From positions 1 to 53,900 of the IMG/VR virus record IMGVR_UViG_3300032308_002516: a stretch of 53,900 nucleotides of DNA. One strand, given 5' to 3'. Below, one piece after another: positions 9,377 to 19,194 of this stretch (the first letter of the stretch is position 1; each line of letters opens with the position of its first letter). This DNA comes from a virus (taxonomy: Duplodnaviria > Caudoviricetes). Under the pieces are notes generated by a model that searched no databases, was not told the DNA's origin, and worked only from the letters and a program-made list of their open reading frames with translations. The translations under genes were made by a program, and so were the position numbers.

Positions 9377-9966
9377 TTGATCCCTGGATCGATTTTGTCT
9401 AACTGCTGAAAAGCCCAAGCACGTTCGTTACACTGAAAACACTGGCCGCAACGGCCAGTTTTTCTTTCTGTACAGGTGTGAGTTAACATTAACAACTGTT
9501 CTTGACCTCTGTCAAATAAAATTTTCAATATTTCGTCTTTATGCATTTTTATAAACGGCATTAAAATCTTAGGATGATCGGGACCTTGTACTCGTTTAGG
9601 ATATCCGTCCTCTGGATAAACACTGTAATCAAACGAATGAGGAGGATTTTGATTTGTAGCAAAAAACAAATAATCGATGTCAGTGTGATTTTGAAAAATT
9701 TCCCGAACAGCTATTCGACTTTGCTCTGTATGATAAGCATCGGGATTTCCTACTAATTTAGTTTCTTGAATTTTAATGTCAAACTGGTTCTCAAAATACT
9801 TGATTATTTCAGAAACAAATAAGTGAGATCCGTCGTGTTTTGGTATTGAAAAAGGTTGGAGTTGTATATTTTTATTTGATTTTAAAATCATATACATTAA
9901 AACAGCACTGTCTAACCCGCCAGAAAGCATAATTCCGTACTTTTTATTATCATTTAAAATCAACAT
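9373..9966 (-). CDS. QueC-like PP-loop protein (divergent)
   Basis: MLSGGLDSAV; PFIKMHK; THTC-x7-CGQCFQC-x-ER zinc site. Confidence 0.7.
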   Translation of the reverse strand: MLILNDNKKYGIMLSGGLDSAVLMYMILKSNKNIQLQPFSIPKHDGSHLFVSEIIKYFENQFDIKIQETKLVGNPDAYHTEQSRIAVREIFQNHTDIDYLFFATNQNPPHSFDYSVYPEDGYPKRVQGPDHPKILMPFIKMHKDEILKILFDRGQEQLLMLTHTCTERKTGRCGQCFQCNERAWAFQQLDKIDPGIN

Positions 9967-9970
9967 GCCA

Positions 9971-9986
9971 TATTTACAATTAAATA
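9971..9986. promoter_or_regulatory. Abutting divergent late-type promoters (TGTAAATA minus, ATTAAATA plus)
   Basis: 4 nt from ATG 9966 and 9 nt from ATG 9996. Confidence 0.55.
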
Positions 9987-9995
9987 ATTACTACT

Positions 9996-10712
9996 ATGAG
10001 AACTCTTGAAAAAATAAACAAAATAATAGAATCTATAGAAAACCCATACTCTATTAAAAATTTCTTAGATAACTATCAAATTTCATATCTAATAGATATT
10101 TTTAATAGTCAGGCATCTAGTATAGGTCCTTATTCGAATTTGATACAGAAAAACACAGGGCCTATAACTCTAGATCTTCGTGAATATTATCAAGATCAAG
10201 TGGTCAGTAAAATTTTAACCGGCTTAGAGACTTTAATAGGTAATTACGAAGTTACCGCAGCTTTCTTTTTTAAAACAGATTATCCTCATATCATACACAA
10301 CGACGATACATTTGAATTACCCGATACTGTATATAAGGGTATAACTATTCCTTTATTTTTAGATGGTTATTCCGAAACTTACCCTAAGTTATGTTTTTTT
10401 GATCAATTTTATTTTCACGGGCCAGCAAAATTTTTCAAAGGAAGCTCAAATGTTCCTACTTATTATAATAAACAAATATATGACTATAAAGACATTACAG
10501 GTACAGTAGATAAAAAATTTGTTGACGAAAAAAATTATTTTACGCATCTTAATCCGACATGGTTAGAGGGACTAAGTCTACATTCTACATTAGATTGGAT
10601 TCCCGGAGACGCATTGATATTTGACAGTATTAGATTACATTGTGCCAGCGATTTTAGAAATATAGGAATAAAATCAAAATTAGGTATAAGTATTTTTACA
10701 AAAAAATGTTAG
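9996..10712 (+). CDS. Putative 2OG/Fe(II) oxygenase
   Basis: IIHNDD...WIPGDALIFDSIRLHCAS...KLGISIF. Confidence 0.6.
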   Translation: MRTLEKINKIIESIENPYSIKNFLDNYQISYLIDIFNSQASSIGPYSNLIQKNTGPITLDLREYYQDQVVSKILTGLETLIGNYEVTAAFFFKTDYPHIIHNDDTFELPDTVYKGITIPLFLDGYSETYPKLCFFDQFYFHGPAKFFKGSSNVPTYYNKQIYDYKDITGTVDKKFVDEKNYFTHLNPTWLEGLSLHSTLDWIPGDALIFDSIRLHCASDFRNIGIKSKLGISIFTKKC

Positions 10713-11452
10713 AAAAAGATTTTTTTACACAGCGAAGAAAAGAACAGCTTGATATCTGGCCTGATTTAGAAGAGGCAGAAGCTTGGGGAAATTATTGTTT
10801 AATTCCATTAGACATACCAAGATTCGAATATCCAGAAATAGTCGAGTGGTTTTTTAAATATTCTCAACCTACATATAAGGTCAGTCCCGACGTTGCTAAT
10901 AAATTAACAGGAGTGACAAATTTCGATGCGATAGATGTTCTTCCCACACAAGAAAAAAATCAACAAGATATTTGGACATTAAACATAAGAGACGACTTTA
11001 TGATAGATTTCAAATATGTTTACGATGACATCATGAACAATTTTCCTTTTAAATCTATTTCTAGAATAAGATTTTGGAGTAGCACGAGAAATGTTTTATT
11101 CCATCGAGATCATACTAAATTTGTAGATTTTCCGGGAGCTTTCCGTATTATGTTATATGATGAAAATCCTAAACAAACACTTAGTTTAATTGAATCTCTT
11201 CCCGGTACCCCGGACGATGTTTCTAAAAAATTTCCCATTCCTAGATTACCCAACACTAATTCTTTTGTATGGAATAATCTTAGAACAAAACATGGTAGCG
11301 AGTTTATTCCAGGGTTCCGAAAAATAATAATTATATTAGATCGGTATGAAATAGATATCGAAAGATACAAAAATTTAGTTAAGAAAAGTATAGATAAGTT
11401 TCAACAAGACTGTTTTATATCTGAAAAAAGTAAAAATGAATATTTATTGTAA
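10706..11452 (+). CDS. Putative 2OG/Fe(II) oxygenase-like protein
   Basis: LFHRDH...FVWNNLRTKHGS...RKIII. Confidence 0.5.
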   Translation: MLEKDFFTQRRKEQLDIWPDLEEAEAWGNYCLIPLDIPRFEYPEIVEWFFKYSQPTYKVSPDVANKLTGVTNFDAIDVLPTQEKNQQDIWTLNIRDDFMIDFKYVYDDIMNNFPFKSISRIRFWSSTRNVLFHRDHTKFVDFPGAFRIMLYDENPKQTLSLIESLPGTPDDVSKKFPIPRLPNTNSFVWNNLRTKHGSEFIPGFRKIIIILDRYEIDIERYKNLVKKSIDKFQQDCFISEKSKNEYLL

Positions 11453-12260
11453 CGGTGATAGCTTTACTTCGGGCCTAGAAATATTAGATTACCAATTTTC
11501 TAATTTTCCCGGTTATAGTCCAACTGGATCTTATTTGGCCACTGATGCCAATTATAACTGGGCAAGAGTTAGACAAAATCATGGGATCAATTTCTTTGGA
11601 TCTTATGAAGAATTAATTTTACAAGAAAGATCAGCGGCATGGCCCGGACAATTAAAAAAAATAGACAATAATATAAACTTTATCAATAGCGGAGTAGCAG
11701 GGTCGTCTATTACTGGAATAGCTAATCGTACTACAATAGATCTTTTGAAAAATAAAAATATTAAGTTTGATTTTATTTTTATACAATTAACCAGTCCTAC
11801 TAGATTTGAATTTTATAATTCAGATCTTTCTGATTCGTATTTTATGAGAGAAAAACCAATGGGCTGGATAGAATTTTTACCTAATCAATTTGAAAAGGAA
11901 ATAGCAAAAGGTTATATGAAATATTATAAAAATGAAGATTATTCTATTAAGTATTTGTATGTAATGACTGGTTTAAAAAACTTAATTAAAGGCATAACTG
12001 GAATAGATCCTATATTTTTTATTTCCTTAAAAGTTTTAAAATACCATATCCTAGATCCATTAGAAAAAAATGTTATGTTAAAAAACAATGATATCATACA
12101 AACGTTAATAAACGAATCGGGGATATTAGAAATACCCGAAGAAAATTGCATGGATACTACTCAAATTAAAAATAACTTTTTATTTACACCGATGAAACAT
12201 TTTGAATTAAGATGCCATGAAGAATTTGCTAAAACCATTTATCAAAAATATATAAAATGA
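11436..12260 (+). CDS. SGNH/GDSL hydrolase-like protein
   Basis: N-terminal CNGDSFT, NSGVAGSS and a C-terminal His (MKHF). Confidence 0.55.
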   Translation: MNIYCNGDSFTSGLEILDYQFSNFPGYSPTGSYLATDANYNWARVRQNHGINFFGSYEELILQERSAAWPGQLKKIDNNINFINSGVAGSSITGIANRTTIDLLKNKNIKFDFIFIQLTSPTRFEFYNSDLSDSYFMREKPMGWIEFLPNQFEKEIAKGYMKYYKNEDYSIKYLYVMTGLKNLIKGITGIDPIFFISLKVLKYHILDPLEKNVMLKNNDIIQTLINESGILEIPEENCMDTTQIKNNFLFTPMKHFELRCHEEFAKTIYQKYIK

Positions 12261-12802
12261 ATTTGTTATTTTTACCCATCGACATTGACCTATCTCGACT
12301 CAACTTTTATCAAAAAGATAGATCGATCCAATTAAAAGAATACAATCCCTATTGGTCATCCTCTCCTATAGACAAAGATACTATTGAGCGTACAAACTTT
12401 AACGAAATTTTAAATCAACTACCATTTGAAAAAATAACAACCCTGACACACAAAATACAACAAAAAAAAGTAGAAAGCCATGTTGATGTATATCCGTCTA
12501 TGACTTTTGAAAAGCACGAGCTGGCTCATATATTAGAAAACGAACCCTGTGGGTATAGATTTGTTCTTAAAGGAAACATTAACAGCATTGAAATTTTTAA
12601 TGGAAACGATTGGGTAACTGCTGAAATTCCGGCGGTTCCGTGTTGCTATCTATTAAATTCTACAAACGGGTATCATCGTATCAAAGAAGACATTAATAGA
12701 GAAACTATATACGTAAGAGGTTTCGTAGATCCAAAAAAACATAAAGATTTAATAGATCGTAGCTATAAAAAATATAAGAATTATGCAATCTCCTTATTAT
12801 AG
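12257..12802 (+). CDS. Putative 2OG/Fe(II) oxygenase-like protein
   Basis: ESHVD...LNSTNGYHRI...RETIYV. Confidence 0.5.
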   Translation: MNLLFLPIDIDLSRLNFYQKDRSIQLKEYNPYWSSSPIDKDTIERTNFNEILNQLPFEKITTLTHKIQQKKVESHVDVYPSMTFEKHELAHILENEPCGYRFVLKGNINSIEIFNGNDWVTAEIPAVPCCYLLNSTNGYHRIKEDINRETIYVRGFVDPKKHKDLIDRSYKKYKNYAISLL

Positions 12803-13352
12803 GTTCATAGAAATTCCTAGCAACTTTTTCGATAAAGAAAAAATTACTGTTGATTTATCTAAAAATTTAGATAAAAATAAAAATAAACATTGGAATAACT
12901 TAAATCACTTTTTTGATGCCAGCATATTTTCTTTCTTTTCATCCATTGATTATAATTTGATAAATTCTGAATTATTTTACACGCCCCCCTATGGAGATCT
13001 AATTTGGCATATAGACATGAATCCCCCCGAAGATTTTATTAAAATTAATTTTGTATGGGGTTCAACGTTCCACTATATGTTATGGGGAGAATTGAAAGAT
13101 CTATCCAAAACTAGACAAACTTCAAAAACAGAAGTAGACACACAATATATAAAATTATCAAACGACGAAGTAATTCTTAAAGAATCTATTACAATAGTTA
13201 AACCAGCACTGGTAAATGTCGGACGTCCACATAAAGTATTAAATCATGATAAGATAGGAAGATGGTGTTTATCTTTGATATTAACACAGAATGATCAAAG
13301 AATATTATTCGAAAATGCCGTGAGAAAACTTAGTGAGTATGTTGTAAGTTAG
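12783..13352 (+). CDS. Putative 2OG/Fe(II) oxygenase-like protein
   Basis: IWHID...PALVNVGRPHKVLN...RWCLSL. Confidence 0.6.
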   Translation: MQSPYYRFIEIPSNFFDKEKITVDLSKNLDKNKNKHWNNLNHFFDASIFSFFSSIDYNLINSELFYTPPYGDLIWHIDMNPPEDFIKINFVWGSTFHYMLWGELKDLSKTRQTSKTEVDTQYIKLSNDEVILKESITIVKPALVNVGRPHKVLNHDKIGRWCLSLILTQNDQRILFENAVRKLSEYVVS

Positions 13353-14028
13353 CAATAACCTTAGCCACATTCTCTGTAGTCATAGGTATATTCAATATCA
13401 GATGTATACTGTCATTCACCCAACTAATAGTTCTATGTGTTTTTCTAGTGTTAACGTAATAGACTCTACCGTGTTCTATCTGTAATTTACGATCATCCAT
13501 CAACCAATCATAATCCAACGGTCCGCAGTTATTGACAAAGACGACTAGTCTAAAAACATCTCTAGGCATGGCTGGATGATCTCGATGAGGTACGAAGTAT
13601 CCCCCTACGTCTGATTTTACAAAAAATGTACGGCCGAGATTAGGAAATACTGAAAATAAAGAGTTAAGGCTTTGACAGGCCTTATAAACTTCAGTTTTGT
13701 TATTAAATTCTAATTCACTCAATCTACGTTTCGCAGTATAACTGGCTTCAGCTAGGCTAGGCGCATCTCTGTGTGTTTTTCCTGGTATGGTTGTTAGAGT
13801 TAAACCTTTACGATTATTCGGTCGATCTGTTCTTGGCAAGTAATCTTGCCAATCGTCTTTAAATCTTTCAAGTTCGATCATTAGTGAATTTACATCAATT
13901 TTTATCTTTAATGGCTCGAAATCACCGATGTTAATTAAACTAAGTTCGTTGGCCAACATTTCACTGCTGATATTTTTCGGATCGTAGTTTGCGGGCTGTC
14001 CGCTGATTCCTGGGGGTACCTGTGTCAT
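13330..14028 (-). CDS. Asp/Asn beta-hydroxylase-like oxygenase
   Basis: GGYFVPHRDH...GRVYYVNTRKTHRT...IHLILNI. Confidence 0.7.
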   Translation of the reverse strand: MTQVPPGISGQPANYDPKNISSEMLANELSLINIGDFEPLKIKIDVNSLMIELERFKDDWQDYLPRTDRPNNRKGLTLTTIPGKTHRDAPSLAEASYTAKRRLSELEFNNKTEVYKACQSLNSLFSVFPNLGRTFFVKSDVGGYFVPHRDHPAMPRDVFRLVVFVNNCGPLDYDWLMDDRKLQIEHGRVYYVNTRKTHRTISWVNDSIHLILNIPMTTENVAKVIANLQHTH

Positions 14029-14033
14029 AAAAA

Positions 14034-14064
14034 TATTTATATGCGTAATTTTTACCTATAAATA
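14034..14064. promoter_or_regulatory. Back-to-back perfect TATAAATA late promoters
   Basis: TATTTATA at 14034-14041 is 5 nt from ATG 14028; TATAAATA at 14057-14064 is 4 nt from ATG 14069. Confidence 0.8.
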
Positions 14065-14068
14065 TTTC

Positions 14069-14626
14069 ATGAAACAAGAAGTTCCTTACAGATATTTGTC
14101 TTTGATAAACGATCCTTTAGTCGAAGATTGGAAAGGCGTAATTGAAGATATCAATTCCTCATTTATCTATCTAGATAGCCAAGGAAGTCTTCTTAAACAA
14201 GAACTTAAAAATTTATTTTTTGATTGCGGATTAATACCAAAAAGAGGAAATTTGTGGTCACGAGAACCTCATAACCTTCCGCCATATCACACTGATCAAA
14301 AAGTTAATTGCGAATTGTTTGCTATCAATTGGCTATTGATCGGCGAACCCGGATTAACAGAATGGAGTTATAAAGCATTAGAATATAAAGACGATAATTG
14401 GACACCGTTATATAAAACCACATCTCCCCAATTTTGGGGAAACCTGTATATGAAACCAGACTTCACTGCTGTATTAAATAAACCTATGATGATAAAAACA
14501 GACATTCCGCATAGAGTTAATAATAGAGATAACAACACATGGAGAATATCTTACAGTTTAAGATTTGAAAATAATCCCACTTGGGAAGTGGGATTAGAAA
14601 AATTATCAAAATTTTTAGTAGACTAA
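14069..14626 (+). CDS. Putative 2OG/Fe(II) oxygenase-like protein
   Basis: PYHTD...AINW...KTDIPHRVNN...WRISYSLRF. Confidence 0.6.
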   Translation: MKQEVPYRYLSLINDPLVEDWKGVIEDINSSFIYLDSQGSLLKQELKNLFFDCGLIPKRGNLWSREPHNLPPYHTDQKVNCELFAINWLLIGEPGLTEWSYKALEYKDDNWTPLYKTTSPQFWGNLYMKPDFTAVLNKPMMIKTDIPHRVNNRDNNTWRISYSLRFENNPTWEVGLEKLSKFLVD

Positions 14627-14635
14627 AAAGAATAT

Positions 14636-15379
14636 ATGAAAAATAAAATTATTGTTATTACAGGGGGAAATGGAGCTGTGGCTAAAGAAGCTGCTAAAAG
14701 ATTCTCCGAAATCGGTTCTACAATTTATATCATAGTAAGAAACAATATCGACGAGGCTAGTGAATTTATTAAGAGCTTGCCCAATCAAGAGTTAAATCAC
14801 AGAGCATTTTTGTCATCCATTACAGATACCAATGCTCTTAGATCGGTAGTACAAGAAATAAAAAACATTTCCGGACGATGTGACCTCCTCATAAATTCAG
14901 CAGGAATTACTAAAAGCCTGGATAATGAAGATTTAAATTCCTATACCGATGAAATCATTGATGAAATTTTAATTAATAATGTCAGAGGAACCTTTTCAGT
15001 GATACGGGAATTTACACCATTATTACTAAACGGCGAGGAAAGTTTGATTATTAATATTACTTCAGCATCAAATAGAAGAGCTAGTCAATCGAATATTATC
15101 TACGGTGCTTCAAAGTCTGCTTTAGAATTAATTACAAGATCTTTAAGTAGAACTCTAGCACCAAAAATCAGAGTGGTATCTGTATGTCCCGGAATGTTAG
15201 AAACACCAACATCAGGGGGATATAAACCCGAAGGGACTAACGAAAGAATTGCGAAACAAATACCCCTGGGTAGAGTAGGTAAAGCTTCTGATGTTGTAGC
15301 AACTATAGAAGCATTGGCTACTTCTTTAAAATATGTAAACGGAAGTTCTATACTGTTAGATGGGGGTCGATTGGCTTGA
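14636..15379 (+). CDS. Short-chain dehydrogenase/reductase (FabG-like)
   Basis: ITGGNGAVA, INSAG, YGASK, VCPG, IPLGRVG, LDGG. Confidence 0.92.
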   Translation: MKNKIIVITGGNGAVAKEAAKRFSEIGSTIYIIVRNNIDEASEFIKSLPNQELNHRAFLSSITDTNALRSVVQEIKNISGRCDLLINSAGITKSLDNEDLNSYTDEIIDEILINNVRGTFSVIREFTPLLLNGEESLIINITSASNRRASQSNIIYGASKSALELITRSLSRTLAPKIRVVSVCPGMLETPTSGGYKPEGTNERIAKQIPLGRVGKASDVVATIEALATSLKYVNGSSILLDGGRLA

Positions 15380-16254
15380 AAACTGTAATAACCGCAGCTA
15401 TCACCGGAGCGGGGACCAAACCCGAGGATACTCCTTATCTTCCTATTACACCGGAACAGATCGCCACATCGTCACTAGAATGCGCCGAAGCAGGCGCCGC
15501 TGTGGTACATATACACGTTCGTGATCCAGAAACAGGCCGCCCGGCCATCGCTTTAGATCTATATCAGGATACTGTTGATAGAATTAAAAAACACAACAAG
15601 GATCTAATCATTAATTTAACCACGGGTCCGGGAGCAACATTTGTTCCAAGCGATGAAAAATTGTCTGTCGGGGGAGACGGCACTTATCTTTTTGATGCAG
15701 CTCTAAGAGTTCGTCACATTGAAAAAATTAAACCAGATATATGTAGTATCGACTTTAACACTATGCATCATGCTGGAAATTCAGTGCGTATTAACTACAA
15801 ACCAATTGTTAAAGAAATGATAAAAATGGTTCAAGCAGTTCGATGTAAACCTGAATTAGAAATTTTTGATAGCGGAGATTTTCGAATCGCTCAAGAATTC
15901 ATTTCTGAAGGTGTGATCGACAGTCCTCCACTATGGCAATTTGCCATGGGCATTAAATACGGTTGGTCGGCTTCTCCCGAAACATTAGACTACGCTCGCA
16001 GGCAACTTCCTAATGGTTCTGTCTGGTCGGCGTTTGGTATTAGTAAAATGCAGATGCCTATTGTAGCACAATCATGGTTATATGGCGGACATGTTCGCGT
16101 TGGCATGGAAGATAATATTTTTATCGAAAAAGGCGTTTTAGCGAAAAGCAACTCGGGGTTGGTAATAAAAGCCGCAAGAATAATTAAAGATTTAGGTGGA
16201 AAGGTAGCTAACTACACAGAAGCAAGAGAAATTTTTAATTTATATCAGAGATAA
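15376..16254 (+). CDS. Beta-keto acid cleavage enzyme (BKACE/Kce, DUF849)
   Basis: ITAAITGA, LPITPEQIA, AGAAVVHIHVRD, PELEIFD, GGHVRVGMED. Confidence 0.93.
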   Translation: MKTVITAAITGAGTKPEDTPYLPITPEQIATSSLECAEAGAAVVHIHVRDPETGRPAIALDLYQDTVDRIKKHNKDLIINLTTGPGATFVPSDEKLSVGGDGTYLFDAALRVRHIEKIKPDICSIDFNTMHHAGNSVRINYKPIVKEMIKMVQAVRCKPELEIFDSGDFRIAQEFISEGVIDSPPLWQFAMGIKYGWSASPETLDYARRQLPNGSVWSAFGISKMQMPIVAQSWLYGGHVRVGMEDNIFIEKGVLAKSNSGLVIKAARIIKDLGGKVANYTEAREIFNLYQR

Positions 16255-16280
16255 AAAAAGGACTCCGAAGAGTCCTTTTT
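16253..16280. terminator. Bidirectional intrinsic terminator
   Basis: A run-GGACTC-CGAA-GAGTCC-T run between convergent genes. Confidence 0.9.
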
Positions 16281-16294
16281 ACTTTAAGATTAAA

Positions 16295-17242
16295 TTATTT
16301 TGCTTTCTTAATCTTATCAACTAAACCAGCTGTGAAATAGTCTTGGAACTTATCATAGACTACTTTGGTTTCATCAGCAAATCTAGCCTTCTCTTCTTTG
16401 CTCATCTTTAGAACTTGAATACCATCTTGTTCAGCACGAGCTTGTGTAGCTAGTACATCGTCAATACTGATAGAACGTTCGTAACGAGCAGCAACTTGAG
16501 CAGCTTCAGATACTACAGTTTGTAGTTCTTCAGATAGACCGTTCCAGAAGTCTGTACCGATTAGGATCGATGTTAAGAACAAACTGTGTTCTGTGTGGTT
16601 GATAACCTTAGAAACTTTATCATGACCTAGAGCATACACACGTGGATATGTGCTTTCGCCGATATCTACATTGGCATTTCCTAGATTCTCTGATAATTCT
16701 TCTAGTTCCATTGGAACAACATCAGCACCTAGTGTCTTGAATGTTTCAATCGCCACCGGACTGTGGCTAGTGCGAACTTTAACATCACGTAGATCTTCAA
16801 TACGTGCTACAGGTTCATTTCCAGGAATAATACGGAAACCGCCCGAGTATGTGAAAGCCAAGCCTTTTACTTTCTTGCTTTCTTGTAAGCTGTCTAGCAA
16901 CTGCTTACCAACTTCTCCTTCAAATACACGACTTGCGTGATCGTGTGATTCGAACAAGAATGGCAAATCTAGTGCGAAGAAGTCCTTGTTTACTTTACCT
17001 AATGTGATTGTATAGGTTTGGCTCATTTCGATCTTGCCCTGATCTAATAGATCAACAAGCTCATGCTTGGTGACTACTACACCGTTGTTATATTTTTGAG
17101 TGTATTCACTCATAGTCATAACTTCGATTTCTAGTTGATCAGGAGCTTTTTTGTTTACTTCTTCTGCAAAAACTTTGGCAGCGCGAATAAACAATTCGAT
17201 CGGCTCGTGTGCTAGAACCCATTTAATATGCTTTTTGTTCAT
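16295..17242 (-). CDS. TRAP-type substrate-binding protein (DctP-like), no signal peptide
   Basis: ALDLPFLFES, GGFRII, EDLRDVKVR, LGADVVPM, WNGLSEELQ. Confidence 0.88.
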   Translation of the reverse strand: MNKKHIKWVLAHEPIELFIRAAKVFAEEVNKKAPDQLEIEVMTMSEYTQKYNNGVVVTKHELVDLLDQGKIEMSQTYTITLGKVNKDFFALDLPFLFESHDHASRVFEGEVGKQLLDSLQESKKVKGLAFTYSGGFRIIPGNEPVARIEDLRDVKVRTSHSPVAIETFKTLGADVVPMELEELSENLGNANVDIGESTYPRVYALGHDKVSKVINHTEHSLFLTSILIGTDFWNGLSEELQTVVSEAAQVAARYERSISIDDVLATQARAEQDGIQVLKMSKEEKARFADETKVVYDKFQDYFTAGLVDKIKKAK

Positions 17243-17275
17243 TTTGAGTACTCCATTCCTTTAAACGTTAAGGTT

Positions 17276-17309
17276 GAGTAGGGTCATGACTCCCTACTCT
17301 TTATTTATA
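17276..17309 (-). promoter_or_regulatory. TATAAATA late promoter (17302-17309) followed by an 8-bp 5'-UTR hairpin (17276-17299)
   Basis: GAGTAGGG-n8-CCCTACTC inverted repeat directly downstream of the box on the minus strand. Confidence 0.65.
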
Positions 17310-17315
17310 CTCTGT

Positions 17316-18209
17316 TTATCTTTTGGATTGCTCGATCTGTGTTTTATACTTGATTTGTAGATTTCTTACCATAGAAATGGATTTTTCATAAAACTGATCT
17401 GCAGGAATGTTATCAAACTGCGGAGGTCTAACGGCACTCAGTTTAAACACTTCAGTTTCACCGATTTTAGCAGTGGCTTGTTCTAGTATTTTTCCGATTA
17501 CCGCACGTCTTGCTGCTGGCATGTCTTTATGCGATACTAGGATGTTAAAAATATAGGGTGAATTTATACCCATTTCCTTTAATGTTGGAATCTTAGGTTC
17601 CTGCGGGAGTCTAGTAGGACAGCTGGCCGCTATCATCGTCATTTTTGGATTTTTAGTTTTTAACGATTGATATGCTTCATATCTGTCTATAACGAATTCA
17701 ACTCCGTTTTCTCCGGTCATGTTTACCAAGGCATCGTTGTTAGATTTGAAAACAATATATCTAACTGAAAACTTATATTTTTCTCCTAGAGCTAAGGCTG
17801 TTAGATGAGCAGCATTTCCATAACCTACTCCGCCAACTACAAATTCTTGTTGTCCTTTAAGTGGTTTATTGGTAATCACGGCCCAGCAGGCATCCCCCAA
17901 CGCATACACAGGAACATAATCCTGTTCATTTATTTGACCAGAAGCTACGTTTTCTACAAAAGCCGGAGCGATAATAGCTAAAGAGTTTAAGGCATCCAAC
18001 GATTTCACTGCTATAATTTGATTGCCACCAGGTTTGAACTCCAGCGAAAACTTATAGATATTTTGGCTGGTATTAGCTTCGTCTATGATTTTTAACATAG
18101 CAGATGTAGCACTATGTCCTGGACTATAGGGAGAAATTATTTTTATAGATTCAGTCGCATAACTAGTAGATGAAATAGCTAATAACAGTAAAAAAATTAT
18201 CTTTTTCAT
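17316..18209 (-). CDS. Bug/TctC tripartite tricarboxylate transporter substrate-binding protein
   Basis: Signal peptide MKKIIFLLLLAISSTSYA; IISPYSPG, KPGGNQIIA, GYGNAAHL, PKIPTLKEMG. Confidence 0.85.
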   Translation of the reverse strand: MKKIIFLLLLAISSTSYATESIKIISPYSPGHSATSAMLKIIDEANTSQNIYKFSLEFKPGGNQIIAVKSLDALNSLAIIAPAFVENVASGQINEQDYVPVYALGDACWAVITNKPLKGQQEFVVGGVGYGNAAHLTALALGEKYKFSVRYIVFKSNNDALVNMTGENGVEFVIDRYEAYQSLKTKNPKMTMIAASCPTRLPQEPKIPTLKEMGINSPYIFNILVSHKDMPAARRAVIGKILEQATAKIGETEVFKLSAVRPPQFDNIPADQFYEKSISMVRNLQIKYKTQIEQSKR

Positions 18210-18302
18210 GCGGTATTTCCTTAACGAGATCGGTGCTTGTACTTATTATTAAAATTATCAGGATTAATTTTTTTTAAGTTCACAGACTTTAAATAAAAAG
18301 CA

Positions 18303-19178
18303 ATGATCTTCCCAAAAAACGATTACATTAGGACTTTTGGTTCGGGCAAAAACTTTCGAGCCGAAATCGATCCACCGTCAAATAAACACAGCGACTTCCA
18401 TAAGATTTCTCTAGAAGTAGCCGAGGAAATATACGATCTTCGGCAAGGAAAATTATATCTTATGTATAGCGGCGGAGTAGATAGTGAATATATACTAAAT
18501 CTTTTTTTATCCTTAAAAATAGATATCACACCGGTAATTATAAAATTAAATCCAAACTATAACGAACACGATGTCAAATATGCCTTCGAATTCTGCGAAT
18601 CTAAAAAATTGAAGCCTATTATAATAGATTTTGATTTTGATGAATTTGTAGAATCGGGGAGAATAGTCGACATTGCCGCCGAATACTGTATCGGTGCATA
18701 TCAATTACCCGGAACATTCTCCTGTGTCGATCAATTAGGAGGCACAGTTGTAATGGGCAGTCACGGCCCGCCACACATGACTTTAGACAAAAAAAACAAT
18801 ATCTGGATGGTCGATGAAATAGAACCGCTCCACACTGTTTTAAAATATTTCAAAAAAAATAAAATATTCGGATGTCCTTATTTTCTAGTTCACAGACCCG
18901 AACAATATCTTTCTTTCCTGCAGCATCCTATTATGAAAAATCTTGCTAATCATCAATTTCCAGGTAAGTTAGGTAACAACTCAATCAAAGGTTTAGTATT
19001 CAACGACTTTAGTGGCTTTAACTCGATTAGGAGACAAAAGTATACCGGATATGAAAATATCGAAAGCAGTGAAATATTCGATCATCCCAATCTAAAAATA
19101 TTTGGAAAATTTAAAGAAAGGTGGTGGGGAACACACTCCGAACCATATTTTGATTTCATTTCCAGGATGGAAAAATAG
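18303..19178 (+). CDS. PP-loop protein
   Basis: LMYSGGVDSE; C-terminal RQKYTGYE; TTTAAATA 7 nt upstream. Confidence 0.7.
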   Translation: MIFPKNDYIRTFGSGKNFRAEIDPPSNKHSDFHKISLEVAEEIYDLRQGKLYLMYSGGVDSEYILNLFLSLKIDITPVIIKLNPNYNEHDVKYAFEFCESKKLKPIIIDFDFDEFVESGRIVDIAAEYCIGAYQLPGTFSCVDQLGGTVVMGSHGPPHMTLDKKNNIWMVDEIEPLHTVLKYFKKNKIFGCPYFLVHRPEQYLSFLQHPIMKNLANHQFPGKLGNNSIKGLVFNDFSGFNSIRRQKYTGYENIESSEIFDHPNLKIFGKFKERWWGTHSEPYFDFISRMEK

Positions 19179-19194
19179 AATAAGTAAGATACCT

